A DNA stretch of 64,000 nt from Eledone cirrhosa. Taxonomy: Eukaryota. Shown one piece after another: positions 52,895-64,000 of the stretch (position 1 is the stretch's first letter; each line of letters begins with the position of its first letter). The stretch covers positions 298,034,001 to 298,098,000 of the forward strand of contig OZ024742.1 of the NCBI GenBank assembly GCA_964016885.1, in the 5' to 3' direction. Below the pieces are notes generated by a model. It worked only from the letters and a program-made list of their open reading frames with translations, was not told the origin of the DNA and did no database searches. The position numbers and the translations under genes are program-made.

Positions 52895-53315
52895 ATGTTG
52901 AGTACAAAAGAGATGTAGTCGGATAATGGGTAGACTAACAGGAAGGCAAGACTTTGTATGTAAAAGATGCCAAGGGGAAATCAAAGGGAAATGTGTCAGC
53001 GATATAAACCATTTCCAATCACATGAAGGATCCATAGAAGTGATTGATTGCTTCTGCTATCTAGGTGACTTAATTAGCAGCATAGGAGAGTGCTCTGAGA
53101 ACATAATAGTAGAATAAGGATAGGATGGAAAAGTTTAGCGATATTTCCACTGTTGACAATAAAAGGTTGTCAACAGTGTGATGCTTGTGTGTGAAGTGCA
53201 ATGCTGCATGGTAGTGAAACATGGGCAGTGACTGCAGAGTGGAGAGATGGTGTGCTGAAAAGGATCCATCCAACCTAGGCAAGCACAGAAGCACAAACAT
53301 GATGATGTTGATGAT
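52895..53315 (+). mobile_element. Old internally deleted RTE fragment
   Basis: KRCS...GRLTG..FVCKRC..GSIEVIDCFCYLGD, then a degenerate tail. Confidence 0.8.
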
Positions 53316-54335
53316 ATATATATTTATATATATTCATTTTGTTATTCTGGAGTTTCACCTGATACTCACAGGTTTATTAGGCATGAACTAAGCATTCAAC
53401 AGCAGAAACAGTACAAATAAGGGAAGACACTGGTGGGAGGGGTTAATTGTTTAAGGAGTTAATAAATCAGAGTATAAGCCAAACATAGCACCCAATTTAG
53501 ATAGCATTTAATCCATAGTGGTAAGAATTATTTTATAGATTGGGTTGACCAGTATTGTATGGTGAATCCTCTACAGAATATAAATACACAGGGATTGAAA
53601 TAAGGACAGGAGATTATGTTTCTATATTTTATTCTGTACTTTCCATATTTTAATTAGGTTTACATAGTTACATAATCCTACATTTATAGAAAGCATTCCA
53701 TCAGATGTAGATAAGCTGGCTATGATGCTATTGTAACAGTCTATCTACATCTGATGAAATGACTTTCCTATATATGAGAACACCCATTGGTCAAGAATGG
53801 CCATGGGTTTTGCACCTATAATGTTCCCCTCCATGGTACAAGACCAGGCAAGGTGATTTTGTGGAAGACAGGCAGTTGCCCATACACACTAGTCTTCTTT
53901 CTCCATGTCACCAATGTCATTCAAGGTAAAAGCAAAGGCCAATACAGCTTGGCACCAGTGATGTCGCTACTCATTTTTACAGCTGAGTGAACAAACGCAA
54001 CATGAAATAAAATGTCTTGTTCAAAGACACAACACAGTACCCAGTTCGGGAATTGAATTTACAACCTGACTCTCTAAACACTCAGCCACCTGCCTTTGAA
54101 TATCATCATCATCATCATCATCAACGTTTAACGTCCGTGTTCCACGCTTGCATGGGTTTGGACGGGGGTATTCCTACTTGAGGCAAGAATAATATATATA
54201 TATTGTAAAGAATCGGCACCCAATGGCTGAGGTTTTGCCGTTTCAACAGTTATTTCCAGACTCCCCCAAGTATTTAGTACTCTGTTGAGTAATGGTTTAA
54301 CCAGTTTCAAACCGAATCAATCCAGATTTATATAT

Positions 54336-54399
<64 letters not shown>

Positions 54400-55068
54400 C
54401 ATCATCATCATTGTTGGTTAACATATATTTGTCATGCTGACATGGGTTGGATGGTTTATCACATTCTGAGAATAGACAGCTCAGATGACCATAGCTTGTT
54501 CATACATTCCATTTTGGCATGGTTTTTATGGTTTTTGTGACCTTTGTAATGCTAACCACTTTATAGTATGCACTGGGTGCATTCTATTGTGACATCAGCA
54601 CTGCAACTTTATAATGTGGAATGGGTGTGTTTCTACATATATTATCGTCATTATTAACATCTATTTTTCAATGTTTGCACATACATATATATACACACAT
54701 ACACATACATACATGTATGTAATGTATACAATCATAAAGCAGTGCATTACTTACTACCTCAAATTGTTTTCCTTATTTTTCATTGTTTAACAAGTCTATC
54801 TCACTCTCTAGTATATTATTTTCAGACCTAGAATAACAACAATTGCCTAGTCAGTATCTTTGTCAATGTTAAAACAATCTTCAAATACTTCAATCCAACT
54901 ATTTCACAGTCTATAGTACATTTCCCCAGTAGACATCACTAAGAACTAACTTTACATTTTCATTTGCCATATTGAATCTTCTTCAGCTCATTATATTAAT
55001 AGACTTGTTCTTCTTTAACTTTCAACAATTGCTTTCAGCACACAACGCACACATATATATATATATAC

Positions 55069-55112
<44 letters not shown>

Positions 55113-55449
55113 ACTCACACACACTCAAATATCTTTTGTAATAACTGTAAAGTCTTACTATAATGAGAATATTTCTTGAAAAGCTAGTAACTGCAATAAC
55201 AACCTGCCATTGCTGCTAAACGCATTAAAATATCAGTCATTAATTCTGATATTATTCTCTGTGAGATGATATAACATGCCAACACCTTTACATGCAAAAT
55301 ATATCTGTTAATACATAAACAATATTTTCTTTTTTTTTTTATTAAGACGGAGAATACTATATTTAAGGAAGCATTTTCTAAATATACTCCACAACTTGTT
55401 CTGTTAAGTAATTTATATTATCATTGTCTTTTGATAGTGATATTATATA

Positions 55450-55900
55450 ATGGCTTCTAATTCAAGAACAAAGCCAGCAATTCTAAGGTAAAGGAAGTAA
55501 ACTAAATCAACAGCACTACTTAACCGGAAATTTATTTTATTGACCTCTAGAAGGATGAAAGGCAAAGTTAACCTCAGCAGGGTTTTAATTCAGAACATAG
55601 AGAACTGGAACAAATACTGCAATGGAGTTTTACCTGATGCTCTACAAATTCTACCTATCCACCATCTTAAGAGAATACTAAATAATGGTTTCTTATATAG
55701 GCACAAGGCCAGCAATTTTGGGGGAGGAAAGTCGATTAAATCGACCCCAGTGCATGACTGGTACTTTATTTTATCGACCCCATAAGGATGACAGGCAAAG
55801 TTAATCTCGGCGGGATTTGAACTCAGTCCGTAAAGGGACGTAACTCTATGTTGGAAAGCATGGCGTCCGACTCTCTACTGACACTGCCAATCCACCGCCC
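55450..55900 (-). mobile_element. Two tandem tRNA SINE copies (best preserved 55680-55900); third at 56120-56335
   Basis: Minus head gggcggtggattggcagtg...gagttcaaatcccgcc, core tcatccttatggggtcgataaaataaagtaccag. Confidence 0.8.
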
Positions 55901-56744
55901 TAAATAATAATTGGTGTTGCTATCTTAAATGCTCAGTACAATGGTAGAGCTGGTGCCACAATAAAGTGTGAAGTTGTTGATATTAGGAAGGTCATCTAGC
56001 CATAGAAAGCATTCTTAAATGGAACATATAAGACGTAATTCCCCAACCTGTCTAGTATCATCACCTTACAACCCCTCTAACACATACCAGCATGCAAAAT
56101 GGATTTAAACTGATGATGATAATGGTTCCTGAATTTGGCACAAGGCCAGTAATTTTAGGGCAGGGGAAAGTTAATTAAATCGACCCCAGTATGTGACAGA
56201 TACTTTATTTTATCAGCCCCGTAAGGATAAAAGGTAAAGCTAACCTCAGCGGGATAACAACTCAGAAGGTAAAGGACCGTAACTATGCTGCAAAGCCTGT
56301 TGTCCGATGTTCTACCAATACTACTAATCCACTAAATGATAATAATAAAGCACTTCAATGATTCCTGGAGTAAATCCATATACTAGTTCAAGAAAGATGC
56401 TCTGTAGGCTCCTACTAATTCCATTTCTCTTCCTCTAACCCAATCCACTATATGCCAATATCCCGTCCTCTGTGTTATGCCAACTGATAGCAAAGCATAG
56501 CACTTAGCCTGACAAAACTCAATCCCTCCATCATCACCCTTCTATGTCCTTGTGTGTCTGAACTCTCATGTCCTACAAATCTATTCCCTCTCTGACAGAG
56601 CACCTCCTACCATGGTACATCCACATCCTCCTCATATATGGTTCAGTCACTCTGATGTTGATGTTATTGAGCTCCCTCCTCCCTCTTTCCAATTAACTGT
56701 TGACTTGGTCTGTAATGACCCAACAGGTAAAAATATACAACCAG

Positions 56745-56895
56745 CTGATGATAATAATGTCGATGATGATGTTGATAGACATGGGAATGATGATATTGGT
56801 GGTGGTGATGATGGTGGTAGTGTTGGTGATGATAGTGGTGGTGTTGTTGATGGTGATGATGATGATGATGGTGATGATGGTAATGACAATAATAA
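56745..56895. repeat. Degenerate (GAT/GGT)n trinucleotide tract
   Basis: Directly visible; source of the poly-D/H/M pseudo-ORFs. Confidence 0.85.
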
Positions 56896-57473
56896 CAACC
56901 TTCAACATTGTAATTCATAAGCAATTGTATTTTCTAAAAGAATTAACTTGCCCATATTACATTGTTTCATAAAATCAGGCACACATAGCATCTCAACATA
57001 TGCCACCTCAACATATACCATCTTGATACATCTATCCTTTTATTATCATTAATATGATATAAAGTTCGTTTAGTAGATTATAAAAAAAACTGTCAGGTCG
57101 GAAAGTCTGCTCGTCTGCTATTCTTAGATATTCTAACTTCTATACAAAAGTTTTTTTGTTTTTTTTTAAATACCAATGAGTAATAGTTTGCATAAGGCAA
57201 GCAGTTTGAGCCATCTTCCTCTCCCTCTCCCCTCTCTCTGTAGAAATGAAATTTCAGAAGACCCAACATGGTTTGTACTTAACTACCCTGATAAGATAAT
57301 ATAACTGGGGGAAAAGAAAAGTTTCTATCTTGCTACCATTATCATTTTGCATGGATGATGATCTGGTTATCAACAAATCTTTTATTATCAAAACAAAATG
57401 AATTGCTTCATAGTTTTTATAAAAACTAACCCATCATTGGGTGTATGTATATCTATGAATGTGTGTGAATATG

Positions 57474-57510
<37 letters not shown>

Positions 57511-57726
57511 ACGTATATATATATATATATATATTATACATACATACATACACATATGTATATATACTAATTTTATTTTATATCATTTGTCACTAATGGT
57601 CTGAAATATTCATTTATGAAAAATTTCAACTATTAAGAATTTATCAGTGTGTGTTAATATACCACCAGCAATAGTAATAGAAAGAAAATAAAAATTGCAT
57701 TGATGTTTTAAGAATATTATTTTCAG

Positions 57727-57801
57727 GTCTATCGTATAAATATAATGGAATTCAAGAACATAATTATGGTGTTCAATGAAGTGTACAATACAATTAATTT
57801 G
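57727..57801 (+). CDS. Candidate 75-nt phase-0 exon (VYRINIMEFKNIIMVFNEVYNTINL)
   Basis: Acceptor tattttcag, donor gtaata; only the phase-0 frame is open. Confidence 0.3.
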
Positions 57802-58828
57802 GTAATATTCTTTTTAAAACTCTTTTCTGATATGTATGGAAATTAATGTCTAAATAGAAAAAAATAAAAAGAATTTCCCTCTGGAATGAGAGAAGTCTTA
57901 TAGAAAGTGTTGCCGTAACAAATATGTCAGATAGCTTTTGTTATACTAACTGAAGTCTAGTAGAATATTCCTGAATCACAATGTTGTATGCATAGTTTTT
58001 TTCATGCAGTTCCTCTCAGTATGGAAATATCATAATACTATTATGGTACTTACTGTTTATTTAGAAATATATACAATTTATAGCTTGCTTATAAAAAATA
58101 TCAATCAACCAATGTATTAAATTTCATTGGGTTTCTAAATGTAAATAATACAATAGTGTTGGTGCCATGATAAACTATATCCTGTATAATCTGTAAAGTG
58201 GTTGGAAAATGAATGTGGACAATGCAGAGAAAAGAGGAATTTATTCATGATAAAATGCACCCAGTACACAATGTAAAGTCGCTGGCAATGAGCAAATCGA
58301 TGTAGTGTAGACAAGACACTTTCGTTTGAATAAGAACTTGACAATCCCTCTAGCACAGTTGCAATGGTAAAATGCACTCAGTATATAAAGTGAACAGAGA
58401 AAATATGGGGTCAAGAGGACATTCTAATCAGTCTGAGGACATAAACTCTCTAATGTTGGGTCAAGTACACTTAGTAAATTAGTTAGTGTTAGAAAAGGGA
58501 ATCAGTCAGTGAAAGTATGCCAAAAAAAAATGAAGCATGAGCAAGATGTTATCCTCCAACATACCTAAGAGCGCAGTAATCCTGAAAAAGAACTGTCTTG
58601 AACCACGACAACCTGTCTAATGCATGCCACCATGGAAAGTAGACATAAAATTATGATGATAGATATTAATATTTTTTCCAAATATATGTTAACATGATAA
58701 CATCTGATAGGTTACAACACATGTGGTTTTTATTTACACTCATTATTTTCCTGTAAACTTCACTAACAACAGTTTGACAAAGTGTGTTACTTCATTGTCA
58801 TTGACTGACAGTTTCTTTTTTGTCCTAG

Positions 58829-58882
58829 TTGCCCATTCAGACCATGGTCCCAGGACTACCATTTTCCTCAGTCAGATTGTGA
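58829..58882 (+). CDS. Candidate terminal exon (LPIQTMVPGLPFSSVRL*)
   Basis: Branch point gactgac, polypyrimidine tract tttcttttttgtcc and tag acceptor; locally higher GC. Confidence 0.35.
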   Translation: MPIQTMVPGLPFSSVRL

Positions 58883-59283
58883 CAAGGGCATCATGTGTGA
58901 GGAAGAAGCCCCATGTGGTTGAATAGCTAATGTAGCACTGGCTGTTCTCAGTATTGGTGCTTTTGCAATCTTCTATTCAGAATACAGCTAAGATATACTG
59001 TCTACCCAAGAGTGTAGAGTTTTCCATTCCGATTTATATCAGCTTTTCTTTTCCCCTCACCTTTTTTGTCATTATGATAATATAAACATATTTTGCAATG
59101 CAATTAACAAATTTCCAGCTATGAATTTTGAATAATGATACAGGCACAAAGGTGATATGTATTACTTTCCAGAGCACCTTTCTCCAAATTAATCTAAAAA
59201 TGACTGTGGGTTGTACATGGTAATTACAACTAGTAATGTATGTTTAAACAAATCATAATTAGAAATATATATATATATATACA

Positions 59284-59612
59284 TGGCTTAGTGGTTAGAG
59301 CATTGGCCTTGCAATCGAAAGGTTGTGAGTTCAATTCTCAGACCGGGTGATGTGTTGTTTCCTTGAGCAAGACACTTTATTTCACATTGCTCCAGTTTAC
59401 TCAGCTATAGAAATGAGATGATAGTGACTGGGGTCCATATCATTCCACTGCAAAGTGGTCGTGGAGGTGCCACGGCAAATATGCACCCAGCACTCACTGT
59501 AAATGAGGTTGGTGTTAGGAAGGGCATCCAGCTGTAGAAATCAAGCCTGAAGCAGTTCCCGTCCCACCCTTGCAAGCAGGGAAAAGCAGACGTAAAATGA
59601 TGATGATGATGA
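59284..59612 (+). mobile_element. Full-length tRNA-derived SINE with RTE-derived tail
   Basis: A box tggcttagtgg, B box gagttcaattctc, core ccttgagcaagacactt, RTE-like 3' region and (GAT)n. Confidence 0.88.
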
Positions 59613-59627
59613 TATATATATATAAAT

Positions 59628-60224
59628 ATATGAATGTATATATAGTGTATTTTGCAATACAATGTATGCTTAAATAAAAGCATTTTGAAGACCTTACGCT
59701 ATTGTTTTAAAGTAGTAACAATGTCACTTCAATGTTCAGCAAACAAGGGGAGATAAGCTGACAGAGCTCTGTTTCGTTCTTGTTGGTACTTATCAAAGCT
59801 CAGCACTCCTCCTGTTTGCTGAAAATTATGAATGTTGGATTCTTATAGAATTCCAGTAATAATCAGGAACAGATTATACAGAGCGGTTGCCACTCCAGCA
59901 AAAATTGAAAAATACACTATATATACATTCATATATATATCGCTATTTCAGAGCACCAATTCTAATTTTCAATTTTTGCTGGACCGGCAACCGCTCTGTA
60001 TAATCAGTTCCTGATTATTACTGGAATTCTATAAGAATCCAAACAGAGCTCTGTCAGCTTATCTCCCCTTGTTTGCTGAAATTTGAAGTAAGTGACATTG
60101 TCACTACTTTAAAACAATAGCGTAAGGTCTTCAAGATGCTTTTAATTAAGCATACAGTGTATTGCAAAATACACTATATATACATTCATATATATATTGC
60201 TATTTCAGAGCACCAATTCTAATA
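59628..60224. mobile_element. Rearranged hammerhead-bearing element with nested inverted duplications
   Basis: 59628-59774 is inverted at 60041-60196, 59835-59911 is inverted at 59965-60042, and 59909-59965 is directly repeated at 60167-60223. Confidence 0.75.
59754..59802 (-). ncRNA. Type I hammerhead, U3-A8 variant, palindromic stem III
   Basis: UGAGCU UUGAUAA GUacc aacaa gaAC GAAA CAGAGCUCUG UC AGCUUA; stem II is partly decayed. Confidence 0.65.
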
Positions 60225-60234
60225 TATATATATA

Positions 60235-61828
60235 TCATCATCATCATCATCATCAACGTTTAACGTCCGTGTTCCACGCTTGCATGGGTTTGGACGGGGG
60301 TAGTCCCACTTGAGGCAAGAGTGATTTTCTTGCTCGCATAGGACTGTCTGGCAGGTTTTCTACAGTTGGATGCCCTTCCTAACAACAACCACATTTACAG
60401 TGTGGGTCTGGGAGGTTTTTACCGTGTTGCCTACACGGCCACATTACAGCGTGGACTGTGTGTTTTTTTGTCGTGACACCTACACGATCTCATTTGTTTC
60501 GGCCTGGATGGCGCGGCACCAACATAACTTTACATAGAACGGGGTGGTGTGGATGGGGTGGGGGTTGTGGTGGTGGGACGGGGTGTATTTTGTTAGAGAT
60601 GCCTACTGGCAAGGCGGGTCTTCTCTATTACTGAGTACCGCCAAAGGTCTCGGTCCAGTGACATTGTCTTGGTGAGGTGTAAGTGTGTGAGGTCGGTGTT
60701 TATCAGCTCGTCCCAGGTTTTTCTGGGTCTGCCTATTCCGTGGCTACCGTCTATCTTTATTGCCCTGTACTTTGTTATACAGCTATCATCCTTCATGCGC
60801 ATCACGTGACCATACCAACGTAGCCTTCTCTCTAGTAAACAACATCTGATCCCTCTTATTTCTAATTTTTTCCTTAGTTAGTTTATGCTTTGTCGTTCAC
60901 GTATATTACTATTACACATCCAGCGGAGCATGCAAGCTTCGTTTCTCTCTAGTCTGCGTATATCCTCTGCACACAATGCCCAGGTCTCACTGCCATGCAA
61001 CATTGCTGTTCGTATGCAGGCATCGTACAGCCTGCCTTTCATTTTTAGGGAGAACCCTTTAGCGGCTAATAGTGGTATAAGCTCTCTGAACTTTTTCCAC
61101 CCAGTTCTGACTCTAGCTACTGTACTTTCAGAGCACCCTCCCCCACTGCTGATTTTGTCACCCAGGTAACGGAAGCTGTCCACTATTTCTATAGAACCCT
61201 CTGCGCAGTTGAAAGAGCTAGTATTTTGTGGGCACTTGCTGCTACTTATATCCCCAGAACACCGGCCACATGTAAAATCTATGTTCTTAGTTAGCTTACC
61301 TGTGATCCCACTACATCTTTTATGCACCCAAACTTTGCATTTGGGACACAAAATGGAATTTCTACCTACGCCTTTCCTACACTCTGCGCATGGCCACTTC
61401 CCGGAGGGGACCGCCGCCTTATTTTCTTTCTTACAAACTAGAACTTTAGTCTTAGCTAGGTTAATTTTAAGGCCTTTTGATTCTAGGCCGTGCTTCCATG
61501 TTTGGAATTTCTTCTCTAGCTTGGCCATTGATTCAGCTATGAGCGTTAGATCATCTGCGTATAGGAGTTCCCATGGGCAGCCGGTCTTGAACTCCACTGT
61601 TATAGCCTGGAGGGCAATAATAAATAGTAGGGGGCTAAGAACAGAGCCCTGATGAACACCAACTTTTACACTAAACTCTTCACTATATTCGTTGTTAATT
61701 CTAACCTTGCTAACTGTTTCTTTATACATGGCTTGTATAGCTCTCACAAGCCATTCATCAACACCTAGTTTTCTAAGAGCCCACCAGATAATGGAACGGG
61801 GGACTCTGTCGAAGGCCTTCTCCAAGTC

Positions 61829-61830
<2 letters not shown>
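60235..61830 (-). mobile_element. RTE subfamily A copy, frameshifted, with chimeric 3' UTR
   Basis: ORFs 60878-61830 and 60593-60805, with a ~28-bp deletion at ~60610 removing the normal stop. Confidence 0.93.
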
Positions 61831-61884
<54 letters not shown>

Positions 61885-61897
61885 CATATACATATAT

Positions 61898-61932
<35 letters not shown>

Positions 61933-61987
61933 CTCCCTATACATATACATATATGTATATACACACATATATATATATATATACTCC

Positions 61988-62258
61988 CAAAAGTCAGCTC
62001 AAAAGTGACACAGAGGAGACTGAGGTTAGTTGGACATGCTCACCGACATCCAGAGTTGACATTGCACTCAGTGCTCCTTTGGGAGCCCCTACATGGACAC
62101 ACTAGAAGAGGAAGACCGAGGTTAACGTATGTTGATGCCCTAAGGACAGACACTGGTCTGTTGGAGACGCAGGACATGGCAGCGATAATGAGGGACAGAG
62201 ATCGCTGGAGAGAACTCGTCCATGGATCTCGGGAATTTTACCCGCCTTAGATAGATAT
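61988..62258 (+). mobile_element. 3' end of a different RTE/RTE-X-like LINE
   Basis: [12 protein letters not shown]...[18 protein letters not shown]...DRDRWRELV, with a tagatagat tail. Confidence 0.8.
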
Positions 62259-62763
62259 ATATATATACATATATAGAAATATACACATACATATACACAT
62301 ATACATATATGTATATATATTCATATATATATACCATGTTATATTCTACTTCAGTAATAACATGACAGAAAATACTACTGTGTAACAGTATTTTCTAATT
62401 TGTTTAATAGTTAGCTAATTATTAATTCAATCTATTTTTCTTGTTGTTCTTTAAATACACTAACACTAAATTACCTTCCATGTTTGAAACAATAAAGTAA
62501 AACTGAAACAATAAAATGTGTAAACACATCTTTGTAATACATGGAAAACCTACTTTGTGTGCAATTTGCAGATGTGTTTCCTCACATCCAAGTCGCTAAG
62601 TGAACAAATCCAATCTATAATATGATAGTTGTATTGGATTTGTCTGTCTGTCACACAAATGCCTTAGAAAAATAATTCTAAAATTGTATTTACAATTCAT
62701 GAAGTACAATTAAATATTAAGACAAAAAATTGTGGAGGTCAAATATTTTATTGTAATTTATGC

Positions 62764-62798
<35 letters not shown>

Positions 62799-62906
62799 GC
62801 ACTCACACATATATATGTAGGTCATGACAATTATTGGATATACACAAATGGAGCTGGTTGTCAAGTGTTTGTAAGTGTAAATACATGTGCACATATACAT
62901 AGCTGT

Positions 62907-62940
<34 letters not shown>

Positions 62941-63018
62941 ATATAATCCTTAAACATGTTTTGTTTTTATAGTTTGGTGAAGAAACTAAAATATTGATTA
63001 TTTCCTCCATGATGTTAT

Positions 63019-63020
<2 letters not shown>

Positions 63021-63067
<47 letters not shown>

Positions 63068-63478
63068 AATTATTGTGTACAGTGCTCAGGTGCACTACAA
63101 CTCGTCAAAGGTGCATGTATAGTACATAGAATAATATACAAATGTCAGGGAAGTGAATAGTGTATGAGTCATGATATACATGTGTGCGTGTGTATGGAGG
63201 GGGAATATTAGGTGTAGTGTTGGCGAATCTCAGGAAGCATGGAGATTTTAAAGGATGCAGTGTCTCGACAGCTAATAACTGATGCAGGTAGTTTGTTCCA
63301 TGCTTCAGCAACTCTGAGCGTGAAAAAATGTTTCCGAAAGTCATGGGAGCTGTGCTGTTTTCTGACTTTGTGGGCATGCCCACGTGTGTTAAACACATGG
63401 AAATCAAAAAGGTACTCAAGGTTTTTGTTGGCAAGATGGTTAATAATTTTGTGGGTGTTTACCAAGTCAGTTGCCAGT
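63021..63478 (-). mobile_element. CR1-clade LINE 3' fragment with (ATT)n tail
   Basis: DL...KII....NTRGH..K.....DFRKHFFTLRVAEAWNKLP..V...SFK. Confidence 0.88.
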
Positions 63479-64000
63479 AAATAAATTTTGGATAGATCAT
63501 GGAAGATTCAAGTAGGAATAACAGTTTTAATGGGGGATTTTTTTAAATCCTTTTGTGATCATATTTTTTAACAAAATTATACTGCCTTTGTGTTTTAATT
63601 ATCAGAATAATAATTTTAAAAAATTATGGGAGGTTTAGTAAAATAACTATTAATGTAAATAGTAAGGCTAACTCTTACTCTTGCTTGGAAAATTGCTTTA
63701 AAACACTTGTTATTTCTCAAGCATAGAAAAATATAATACAAAAGGAAGAAAAGTAATTCATACTACTTAACAAAGCAGCAAATTCTTTGAAATGGAGATC
63801 ACATATGTCAGATCCAAATTTCAGGATATGATGCTTCATAATATATCAAAGATTTTTCCAGCCAAACAGCTGTTTCAGACACACCAGATGTGTTTTATTG
63901 GTATATCAAAGTTGCTTGATATACAGATAAAACTATGCAAGAAATTGTTTTATCTGGACAGCAATCAAAATGACAATTAGATTGTTCCTAGACATTTGTT

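Noticed and set aside
56552-56972. Asp/Gly-, His- or Met-rich proteins
   Set aside because: They derive from a (GAT/GGT)n repeat next to an old RTE remnant.
59284-59345. tRNA gene
   Set aside because: A and B boxes are present, but the sequence continues into a SINE core and LINE tail.

Overview
AT-rich, non-bacterial animal DNA dominated by transposable elements and (TA)n/(CA)n/(ATG)n microsatellites. The repeat repertoire resembles what I recall of octopus/coleoid cephalopod genomes (inference only). It contains at least 12 5'-truncated RTE-clade LINE pieces from three related subfamilies (here A, B, C), whose RT carries an inserted PHD-type Cys4-His-Cys3 finger. Also present: a Penelope-like GIY-YIG remnant, a Tc1 (DD34E), a maT/DD37D element, a hAT element carrying an RTE, tRNA-derived SINEs, piggyBac-like and other MITEs, a CR1 3' end, and four small candidate exons of an unidentified + strand host gene. 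Most short ORFs in the track are microsatellite or antisense artefacts. Two signals stand out. (1) There are 6-7 hammerhead-ribozyme motifs from several small Penelope-like/retrozyme-like families sitting in (TA)n tracts, with covarying stems, U3-A8 core variants and fold-back ends. (2) There are two head-to-head pairs of almost identical LINE copies, plus TA-centred fold-backs, long target duplications and chimeric tails. Together these suggest (TA)n tracts act as hubs of repeated priming and template switching. All alignments and folds were done by eye; no ribozyme activity or gene expression is demonstrated.
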